Origin: Octopus vulgaris
Lineage: Eukaryota
Direction: 5' to 3'
NCBI GenBank assembly: GCA_951406725.2
Contig: OX597819.1
Location: forward strand, 36,332,001-36,396,000
Length of the DNA: 64,000 bases
A model generated the notes under the pieces. That model searched no databases, had not been told where the DNA came from, and was given only the letters and a program-made list of their open reading frames with translations. How positions within the stretch are numbered: the stretch's first letter is position 1; each line of letters starts with the position of its first letter. Position numbers and translations under genes: made by a program. Shown here piece after piece: positions 52,746 to 64,000 of this stretch.

Positions 52746-54219
52746 TTATAGTTCTTGTAAACCTTCTAGATCAGTAGTTAATTTTCAACCAAGGCCTACA
52801 TAACCCCTGGAAGTTCATATAAGATTATGCTGTTAAAATTTATGTGCAATAAATTGCTTATACTTGTAGAATACGTAAGATATTTTAACCAATTTTTTAA
52901 ATGCAATTCCTAATAATATCTAATTATAAAAATATAATAGGATTTTTTAAAAGGTAGAATGACTATGAGAGTCCATCAGAATAAAATAGGTTGAGAAACG
53001 TGGTTGAGAACCACTTGGTTCTGATCAAGCGATACATACCTTGACACGGAGTCACTGAAGATGTGATTTAATCTGACAACCTTTCAGCTCCGACCACAAT
53101 ATTCTTTCATTCGGTTCTTATCCTATGCCCCTTTGCTAAATACATAATTAAGACAAAACAACAATTTAGAAATGAATTTTTGCAGTTTAGAAACGCAAGT
53201 TGCAGATACAACGTGTAAGTATCCTGATGACTGTTCGATGGTTTGGTTTGTACAATTAACCAAACTTATCGCTCTCGCGTTAGAGGTACAGTGAACCAAT
53301 GATACTGATCTGTTGGTAGCCGGTGACCAACGACGCTATAGTTCACAAATTGCAATATGAAATAAGTAATATTCTGTACGTAGAGAATCACTGAACTCCT
53401 GATTTATTAATCTTTCTGTTATCTTTCTTTAGTCTTTCTTTTATTTGTTTCAATAACTGTACTACAACCATGCTGGGGCACCGCCTTGAAGGAGTCAGCC
53501 GAAGAAATCGACCCCAATATTTATTTTTTAGAGACTAGTACTTTATTCTATCGGCATATTTTTGCCGAACTGGTAAGTTACGGGGACGTAAACAAACCAG
53601 CAACGGTGGTCAAGTGACGTTGAGTGGACAAACACAAAAACAAACACAAATACGCACATATATACGATGGACTTCCACATAGTTTCCCTTTACTAAATTC
53701 ACACACAACACATTGATCGGCTCGAGCTAAAGTAGAAGACCCATGACAAAAAGTGTCGTGCACTGGGACTGAACCTGAGATCATGTGGGTGCAAAGCGTA
53801 CTTCTTAACCACACATCCATGCCTTGTGCCTAATAAGCAGTTTAAGTAAAAAAAAAAATCCTCTCAGATCTAATCAACTCAGTCATAACTAAATTAATAT
53901 TAGAATTCAAACCGAGATTGTCAAACATTGTACAACACTGCTGCTGTAATTATTATAATCTATTCCTCTAATTAGTAATTCTCTGTCAGTTGCAAATATG
54001 ACTCATATTTATAATTTATTTTTCGTTTTTGATAATTATATTTACTGACAAATTTGAAATAATTTTTGTAAGGTTTCTTTGACTTTAAACTTTTTCTTTT
54101 GTAATGTATTTATTTTATTTGCAACAATAATTAATTGCGAAATGAAAGTGAATTAATTAATAAGATGTTGTTTAAAGGGAAAATCCAATTTGTAGTGAAT
54201 GATCCAGCGGAGGAGTTAT

Positions 54220-54757
54220 ATACATACCTGTATACATACATACATACATACATACATACATACATACATACATACATACATACATACATACATGCATGCA
54301 TGCATGCATACATACATACAAACATACATGCATACATACATGCATACATACAAGCATACATACATGCATGCATACATACATATATACATATATGCAAGCA
54401 TACATACATACATGCATGCATACATACATGCATACATACATATATACATGCTTGTATACATACATACATATATACATACATATATGCATGCATACATGCA
54501 TACATACATGCATGCATACATACATGCATGCATACATACATGCATATATACATACATACATGCATACATAATACATGCATACATACATATATGCATACAT
54601 ACATGCATTCATACATACATACATGCATACATAAATACATACATACATACATATATGCATACATACATACATGCATACATACATGCATACATACATACAT
54701 GCATTCATACATACATGCATACATACATACATACATGCATACATACATACATACATG
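54220..54757. repeat. Compound (CATA/CATG)n microsatellite
   Basis: Direct reading; explains the spurious long ORFs. Confidence 0.97.
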
Positions 54758-54960
54758 CTTGAAATGAAATTTGGCGAGCCCAAATGAGGATTTTTGGTGG
54801 TAAGACACGGCAAAGTTATGCCTTTATCTGATACACTAAACATGAACAACCTAGAAATACAGTCTTTGCTCTCTAAGACTGTATCTTGTACAAGATGAGA
54901 ATCTTATATCTGTGATGGGCCTATCAATAAATAAGGGACAAGGAACGAGTACTTCAAGAC

Positions 54961-54992
54961 AGGGTTAGGGTTAGGGTTAGGGTTAGGGTTAG
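54961..54992 (+). repeat. Interstitial (TTAGGG)n, about 5 units
   Basis: Direct reading. Confidence 0.9.
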
Positions 54993-55727
54993 CATATAGT
55001 GATCTGAACTGTCGGTTTACAACAAGTATATCTCCCACAAATAAAATCTGCGAGACTTTTTTAAGAAATAAAAGATGATGGACAAAACAAGATTCTTTCC
55101 TTCACACATTTCTTATCAAGCAGATAGCCGGTCTAAATGTACTCGAAATTAAAAAGAGAAAACGAAAACATACATACCTGCATTCATATTTACATATGAA
55201 GTGTGTTTATATATATGGTGCTCCAGCAAGGCCGCAGCCAAATGACTGAAACAGATAAAAGTATTTAAAAAATATATATTTAATCATATCAAAGGGAAAT
55301 GGAAATTAATTAAAATTTACATTTCCAGTGGTCTAACGTGTAAAAATTTAGTCCAAAAGACTATGTATTTGTCATAAGATACAGTGTAAATTTAAACACA
55401 TGAGGAATCCACTCATAGGATTCAACACGCTAGAAAGAACAGCTAGTTTCTATAACCACAAAATTAGGGATAAAATTCGCCAGGAACGAAATGAAAAATA
55501 AAAACATTTTACCATCTAGTTTCCTGGACCAATTGGTTTCTGATTTTAGTTTAGCGTGTAAATGAATAACATATATACTCGCCAGATGCAATCGTCTTCG
55601 ACAGGAACACCTAGGGTTAAACACATATAAACACGAGGCGATCAAACTACATGCCCCTTGTTTACACATCTTAACTTTTTCAAAATCTACTGCGAAAATC
55701 TACTATGTATATATATGCATATATATG

Positions 55728-55789
<62 letters not shown>

Positions 55790-55832
55790 TATATACACAC
55801 GCATATTTATTGGTTCTTAACGGAATACCCCT

Positions 55833-56302
<470 letters not shown>

Positions 56303-56370
56303 CATACATGCATATATATATATGTGTATATATATACGTATATATATATGTATATATATATATGTATATA

Positions 56371-56412
<42 letters not shown>

Positions 56413-56484
56413 GGTCCCGGGTTGATTCGGGGTTAACCACAGTAAATAAGGTACTCAATACATAGCAGAGTAAAAATAATTTAT

Positions 56485-56595
56485 TATATAGAAGGAGCTT
56501 CTACAGGACTAGAACTGTTTCATTCAAGAGAAATCTTCAGGAAGCTTCCTGAAGATTTCTCTTGAATGAAACAGTTCTAGTCCTGTAGAAGCTCC

Positions 56596-56604
<9 letters not shown>
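56485..56604. repeat. Perfect 120-bp palindrome
   Basis: Centre AAG|CTT at 56544/56545. Confidence 0.92.
56543..56593. ncRNA. Type I hammerhead motif; its mirror copy lies on the - strand in the other arm of the 56485-56604 palindrome
   Basis: AGCTTC-CTGAAGA-t-TTC/GAA-t-GAA-ACAG...CTGT-A-GAAGCT. Confidence 0.6.
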
Positions 56605-56667
<63 letters not shown>

Positions 56668-56680
56668 TACATACATACAT

Positions 56681-56719
<39 letters not shown>

Positions 56720-56728
<9 letters not shown>

Positions 56729-56957
56729 TAAATATAAATTACAAAATGGGACAAGAACGCAAAAACACACAAAGAGACGACACGAAAAAGCAGACGGGTC
56801 ATTCGTAGCCTCTAATCTTCAGTCGGGAACCGGATCATCTTAGCAATTTCGGCTGAAGATTAGAGGCTTCGAATGACTCGCCTGTTTTTTTTTGTGTCGT
56901 CTCTTTGTGTGTTTTTGCGTTCTTGTCCCATTTTGTAATTTATATTTAATTTCTATA
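56720..56957. repeat. Imperfect inverted repeat with arms of about 105 bp
   Basis: AGAAATTAAATATAAATTACAAAATGGGAC.../...GTCCCATTTTGTAATTTATATTTAATTTCT. Confidence 0.88.
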
Positions 56958-56992
56958 CATATATTATTGCGGCGTAACGTACCCCTATCTCC

Positions 56993-57039
<47 letters not shown>

Positions 57040-57268
57040 CTGTATGCAGAAGGTTGAAAAGAATCACACGAGTTCATACATACATACATACATTTCTGGG
57101 ATACAGAAACCGGCAGTAAATTACTGGGGTAGTATTTACATCCGGATATTTTTCGCGCGCGAGAATGAGGATATTTGAACATAACTGCAGATATAATCGG
57201 CTGTGCCATTCGCTATTCTTCGGCTTCGTGTGGATGTTGGCGCTTGACTCAGTAAATTATATTTACAT

Positions 57269-57344
57269 ACTCTACTGACGATCCGAAAATGATTATGTAA
57301 GTAAAATTACACAATCTATTAACGGTGAAACAATTGTATAGAGT
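57269..57344 (+). ncRNA. Minimal type I hammerhead ribozyme motif
   Basis: ACTCTA-CTGACGA-t-CCG...CGG-t-GAAAC-AATT-GTA-TAGAGT; perfect 6-bp stem I, palindromic loop III. Confidence 0.7.
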
Positions 57345-57497
57345 TAATCTATTTTTTCGTTATTTTTCATTTGTCCTGCTCGCTTACATTCTTGGCGCGT
57401 TGAATTAATTCTTGAGAATAATTCTTTAGTGGTGGATTCCCTTCGTGGATCTATATCTAGCGTTAGAGTGACCATATGTGGACTCTCTCTCATTGCT

Positions 57498-57595
<98 letters not shown>

Positions 57596-57609
57596 TGTAT
57601 GTATATGTA

Positions 57610-58407
57610 CAGGGTGCGGCGAATATAAGTAACACTGACATCCCATTTTAACAGATATATTTACCAGAATTACATGAAAATATCTTGAAATACTAAAGAG
57701 TAAATTTATTCAATAAAATCACCATTGGCTTCAACCACAGCCTCCAGATGACTTCATAATCTCTTGCAACTCTTCTTGACGGTCTCCTTGTTTAAGTTGC
57801 TGATGCTGCCATAATCCTTGCCTTCAGTTCATCTTTCATGTAACAAGAAGTGTTGTTGGTCTCTCGCTCAACTGCGCCTCGTACGTAATTTTCAAGGAGG
57901 TTACAGCCATGACTGGGTCCTTGTGTGGCATGGTGCCGAGTCCTGTTGCCAGACACAGAGTCTTCCAGGAGTCACCTTCATGACCCAGGGTAACACCACA
58001 TCCTCCAGGCGCTTGATGTAGGTCTCCGTCTTGTGTCTGAGGCCGTGTGGGAAGATGAATGGAGGCTTAATGTCACCACTACTTGTGGTCACTCCAAACA
58101 CCATGAGGTTGACTGGATGTTTGGTTTTTATCATTCTCGGTACATGGTTTGCGAACACGGCAAGCCAACGGTTGCCTTGTGTGTTCACCATCTGTTCGTA
58201 TTGGAGTTTGCGGCGCGAATGCCAAGCAGTACGGCTTGACGTTTCCAAATTTCTGGCAGAGTGAATAGCATTATTGTGCTGTTTTTCTCACAGACGGTGC
58301 CCAACTGACTCTACTATACTGAGTAGTCGACAAAATCAAAAAGGAATAGTGCGCACGCATGAAATAAAAATTATAAGAATATAAAATGGCGATAATTTAC
58401 GCAAGGC

Positions 58408-58413
<6 letters not shown>
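57610..58413 (-). mobile_element. Internally deleted Tc1/mariner-superfamily element (maT/DD37D-like)
   Basis: Termini (C/T)AGGGTGC flanked by TA; KHPVNLMVFGV...WQQDSAPCH and LEAVVEANGDFIE*. Confidence 0.8.
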
Positions 58414-58461
<48 letters not shown>

Positions 58462-58468
58462 CATACAT

Positions 58469-58518
<50 letters not shown>

Positions 58519-58766
58519 ACATATATACATGTACGTGAGCTTCTCTCTCTCCATATATATATATGTATATATATACACTGGCGAAAATAAGTTTAAGACC
58601 GATAATAAAAGTTCTATTTCTTACAAAATATTTTGTTACTAATACCATTCAAATTATTTTTATCTTTTACACCTTATGCAGAAATTATTTCTCTTTCGAA
58701 TGATGCAGACAATAACTATTTTTATACAACTTGAAGAATTCTAATCCTAAATTAATTCATATAATC

Positions 58767-58856
<90 letters not shown>

Positions 58857-58898
58857 TGTGTATGTGTGTGTGAGTGTGTGTGTGTATGTGTATTTACA

Positions 58899-58936
<38 letters not shown>

Positions 58937-59025
58937 CATATGTACACATACATGAGAATGACTTTTTCGATTTACATCTGACTCTCATGATAAGATGTTT
59001 ACCAACAACTTTCTCTCTCTTTCTG

Positions 59026-59086
<61 letters not shown>

Positions 59087-60211
59087 ATACTATTCATATA
59101 TGAAATCGGGTCTCACTTAACGTCATTGAAAGATTCTTAAGATGTGCGGCATTAAGTGAAACGATATAAAGTAAAGCTAATTTTGCTATTGGTTCAATGG
59201 TACAGATAAGAATTGCATTTCTACTGTATGCTCAGACTGTTTATTCCTACTTTGTATTCCTAGTCACAAAGACATCAAAAAATTTCTAAAGTGTGAAAAC
59301 ACTTCTAGTATTAAATATTGATATATGAGTTCGTCTAAATACACTTAAGAGAGATTAGTAAAACTCAATAAAATAATGATTATCTTGAAGAATACTTCCA
59401 AGGTTTGTTGTGCATTATTTCTCTTCTGTATTAGGTGGCGAGCAGTCAGAATCGTTAACATACCGAATATAGTGCTTAGCGGCATTTCTTCTGGCTTCAC
59501 GCTCTTTGTTCAAATTTTGCCGAGGGCAACTTTTGCTTTTCATCCTTTCGGGGTCGATGAAATAAGTACCAGTTGAGTACTGGGATCGAAGTAATCGACT
59601 TAGTCCCTTTCCCTGAAATTGCTGGCCTTGTGCTAAAATTTCTTCCGGCTTCACGTCTTGTGTTCAAATTCTGCTAAGAGCGGACTTTGCCTTTCATCTT
59701 TTTGGGGGTCAATAAAATAAGTACCAGTGGAGCCATGGGGGGCGATGAAATCGACTGCATTCTCCCCCAAAATCTCAAGGCTTTGTGCCTTTGGTAGAAA
59801 CAATTATCGCTCTCCTATTTGTAGAATTCCTTATATCAGTTGTATTCACTCATCATGAACCTATTTGCTTTGAATTTTTGTCTCTCTTTCTGGATCTTAT
59901 ATTGTGAAAGCGGTCGCAATTTTACTTTGAAACATCAGACAAATCCTTAGCCGTTAAAATTCGTGGTAGTTTTGCATCGGCACTTTTATCATCTTTTTCA
60001 ATACGATGCTTTTCTATCTTCATGAGATCCTTGTTAAATGTTTCTTCACCCACAGATACCAGTAACTTCACTATTCTAAATGTTAAGTATTGTTGTACAT
60101 TGAAAGAGTTGCATCCGTAGGAAGTAGACAGTAGACTTATGAAAGTCGTATCTGAGACGACGCTTGTGAAATAAAAGAAAAAAAAACTGAGTGACTATCG
60201 TTGCTATGCAC

Positions 60212-60274
<63 letters not shown>

Positions 60275-60827
60275 TCGTTCTTTCTATTTTACTGAGTTGA
60301 AAACCAAATTACAAAAGAAAGAAACACACACATTGAAAATTTTAATTTTAGTTTTATATTATTTCACATCGGCGATATAACGAAACGATGTTAAATGTAA
60401 AACCATTAAGTGAGGTCTGCCTGTATGCGTGTGCTGTATGCGTGTGTGTGAGTGTGTGTGTGTGTGCGTGTGTGTGTGTGTGCGTGTATGTGTGTGTGTG
60501 TATGTGTGTGTGTGTGTGTGTGTGTGCGCGCTAAAACTAACGAACTAAATAAAGTAACTCAGTAAGGTGAAGTTAAGTACGAATAATGTAACTTGGTTGG
60601 TTGACACCAACACTGGTAAATATTGGCAGTTTTCTGAAAGGAAAAAAAAAAAAAAAAAAAAAGAAAATCGTGTGAAACTTCAATCCACCATGTTAGAATA
60701 AATTTATTTCGGTATTATTTATCAGTGTTCGTTTCTGCAAACTAAATGAAATTATTCATACTAAACAGAACGGTATTGAGTACTTATTCTTTTGTCCCCT
60801 ATTTCTAACAGACACAGACATATGTAA

Positions 60828-60898
60828 ACATACATACATACATACATACATACACACACACACGCATACATACATACATACATACATACATACATACA

Positions 60899-60932
<34 letters not shown>

Positions 60933-61065
60933 CATACATACATGCATACATACATACATACATACATACATACATACATACATACATACACACATACATA
61001 CATACATACATACATACATACATACATACATACATACATACATACATACATACATACATACATGC
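60828..61065. repeat. (CATA)n microsatellite
   Basis: Direct reading. Confidence 0.97.
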
Positions 61066-61074
61066 AATACCTAC

Positions 61075-62510
61075 GCTGAATTATTGAGAAATCTACAGTT
61101 ACTCTACCCGGATTACAAGTTACTGGAGCACTGATAAATATCAATCTTGAGAAATTAGGCTTCTCAAAACCAGAAAGGAGAAAGCTAATTCAAAGACTAC
61201 AGATCCAATCCATCACTGCAACTGTAAAAATCTGTAAAACTTGACAGAAGTTTATCATTTAAATATATATGTACATGCTTTGATATGCAGCTATATGCAT
61301 GAGAATACATACATAAGACAAAACATATAAATCTGCACATATACATATATACATACATACGTACATACATACATACATACATACATACATACAAAAACAT
61401 CCTGTTGTGGTTGTTGAAATTCCAATAAAGGAGCTTTGGATGCAGGTAAGAAACTGGCTCTTTCTCTATTGGCAAGACATCTTTATATATAAAAGTAAGG
61501 TTGTGTGTCTGTCTACTCCGACTTAGATTCCTAACTACTCCCACATTTTGCGGTGCAGTTTAACCAAAACCGGGTATCTTATAGTCGTGATTTATATCGA
61601 GCCCTTCTGGGTATTAGCGCGCGTCTACAATGAGTCTACGATTTTAAAAATAATTTACCATCATTTTTTCCCATTTTAATGCATATTTTTTTAAAGGGAA
61701 GTAACTCTCTAAAAATGTCTACGATGAGTCAACGATTTAAAAAAAAATTTACCATCATATTTTTTCCATTTTTAATGCATTTTTTTGCTATCTTTTGGCT
61801 ATAACTCTCTAAAAATGCTTTATAGTTATTTCCCTTACAAACCCGAGCAACGCCGGGCGATACTGCTCGTTTTGAAATAAAACTGTATAATGACACACAC
61901 ACTCATACACACAATGCACACGCGTGCACGCACACATACATAAATATAGTCATACATGCACACACACACACACACACATATATATACATACATACATACA
62001 TACATACATACATACATACATACATACATACGTACAAATGAAAACACCTATGCTGAACTATTGTGAAATTTCTAGTTACTCTACTCGGTTTACAAGTTCA
62101 GATTTATACCAGTAATTATTGGGGCACTGGGATATGTAACACACCACCTAAGTACTGACTTGAGAAATTAGGCTTCTCAAAATCAGGAAAGAGAAAGCTG
62201 ATTCGAAAACAACAGACCCAAGCTATCACTGGAACTGTAAAAGTTTGTAAAACTTGCGAGAAGTTTACCATTCAGGTATATATGGACATGTTTAGACATG
62301 CAAACATACGCATGAGAACACGTGCATAAAATGAAACACAAATCTGCACATGCACTGACTCCAAATACTACACACATACACATATAGATGCAAAAATACC
62401 TTGCTGATGTTGTTGGAACTCCAATGAAAGAGTCTTGGATCTAGGTTAGAAACCGGTTCTTTCTCTTTAGGGAGGAAATCTTGAAACAAAATTAAATAAT
62501 GACATACGTA
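61075..62510 (+). repeat. Two diverged direct copies of a roughly 450-bp repeat (the first interrupted by the Helitron-like element)
   Basis: GAGAAATTAGGCTTCTCAAAA...GAAAC(T/C)GG.TCTTTCTC appears at about 61150 and 62162. Confidence 0.75.
61480..61869 (+). mobile_element. Non-autonomous Helitron-like element
   Basis: 5' TC, subterminal hairpin CCCG...CGGG, 3' CTCG (CTAG variant), inserted at A|T without TSD; empty paralogous site near 62478. Confidence 0.75.
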
Positions 62511-64000
62511 CACGCACATATACACACCTATATACAAATACGCTCAGAGGCAGCCTCTCGTACTGTATATAGGTGTGTATATCTGAGCGATATACACACC
62601 TATATACAAACACGCACTTCAGTATATCTTCTTTTTGATATTTACGCACTAGAATATTGTATAGGGGGTTATTTGTAAACACAATATCAAAACTAATATA
62701 TTTTATATAACAGACAATTACCCACGCACGTACGTTTTGAATAGTGGACGAATCCTCTACGTGGTTGCTCGGTATGTTAGAAAAGGGCAGCAAAATCTTT
62801 CTTAAATGATGCGCTAATGTTTTTTTTTTAATTACATTAGGTAATGTAGTTTTAAACTGTTCATATAGAAATGAGATTGTTACGGCAACTATGCCTCTGT
62901 TAATAGGTCTTATCGATTGACTTGAGGCTAAATAAAATGGTACCACATTGAACAAATATCAACATATTCACATACGTAGACGAACTAGATCATTTTAAAT
63001 TTCTTCTCATCGTCAGAATATTTTCAAATTTTCTACACTGATGTAGTTTTGCATACTAATGGCAAAAATTACATTTATTCCCTCTAGAAATTAATAATTA
63101 TGTAATTTTAGCTAAAAAGGAAGCCTCAATTGCTCACATACCGGAAGTCGCAATTGTCTGTTTCCATTAACATTAGCATTAACATTATCGTTGTTATCAC
63201 CGTGTTAACGAAAAGAAAATGAAAAATGATCAAACTTTGAATTTAAGTAGAGTAATCTAATCGAGCGATACTACATACATTTTGATACTCCAAGAAAGTA
63301 ATGCACCGTAATTTACAAGTGCAATCCATTATCACGAACAGACATAATTGATCATCACGGGTTCTATCCCAAGTTGTGACATCTTGGACATGTATCTTTT
63401 TCTATAGTTTTGTGTTGGACACGCAGAAACTGTTTGGAAGCCCTTCGGATGAAGTGTAGATGTGATTCAAAGATCTAGTATTTAGTGGTGTCACATACTG
63501 TGTCACGCTGATTTCGCCTGAAAATTACATGTGTCTGTGGAATACACGGCCACTTAAACGCTTATTTAATGATTGGATAGCTCGGTTGATCGACCAAATG
63601 AAGGATTGTTGATTCTAGCAACCGACAAAGAATCAATCCTCATCTCAGAAACTACTGAAGTTAGAAAACTCAATTACCTTCTCATTATTTGTTGAAGTTA
63701 AATAAACATAAGGCGACGATTAAAAAGTAAAATGAAAAGAAATGTCTTTTAAAACACCTTTTCGAAACTTTCTTTGCTTTAACAAGTTACTTAGATATTA
63801 AATTCGTTGCCACACTCCTTTCGGCAGATCATGTGCTCGGCATATACGGAAAATGAGATCAGTTACATGAAAAATGAAATGCAATAGAAATAAGTTCACT
63901 TACATAAGTACGAAATAAGTACACGTGCATAAGACTACAACTGCTTAGAGATATTGATGGCTATAACTGTAAGTTGCGCAATGTGTATACACTGAGCACA

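Noticed and set aside
54131-54849. Long ORFs of 187-225 aa on both strands
   Set aside because: Translations of the (CATA/CATG)n microsatellite
54961-54992. Telomere or chromosome-fusion scar
   Set aside because: Only about 5 units in one orientation; similar units occur inside local MITEs

Overview
AT-rich, microsatellite- and SINE-dense eukaryotic DNA. The repeat families point to an octopus/coleoid cephalopod (inference). The only intact protein-coding gene I can support is SGF29/CCDC101 (SAGA/ATAC H3K4me2/3 tandem-Tudor reader) on the + strand: 9 coding exons, 10024-33575, 945 nt, 314 aa, all GT-AG and phase-consistent. The rest is transposon-derived: several SINE families, GG-ended MITEs with 8-bp TSDs (Merlin-like), TTAA piggyBac-like MITEs, a full-length dead mariner, Tc1, pogo and maT remnants, LINE and CRE fragments, a Helitron-like insertion whose empty site is visible in the window, and a Penelope-like GIY-YIG remnant. 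The most interesting signals are: (1) several minimal type I hammerhead-ribozyme motifs, two sense-oriented inside SGF29 introns, and a cluster of fold-back mini-elements with hammerhead-like cores embedded in (TA)n at 55.9-57.5 kb; (2) a tRNA-head element carrying a hammerhead half resembling the Penelope one; (3) an H3-tail-like N-terminus (M)GRTK on SGF29 itself; (4) a clean in-frame 51-nt candidate cassette exon. All of this was read by eye, and repeat boundaries without TSDs are approximate.
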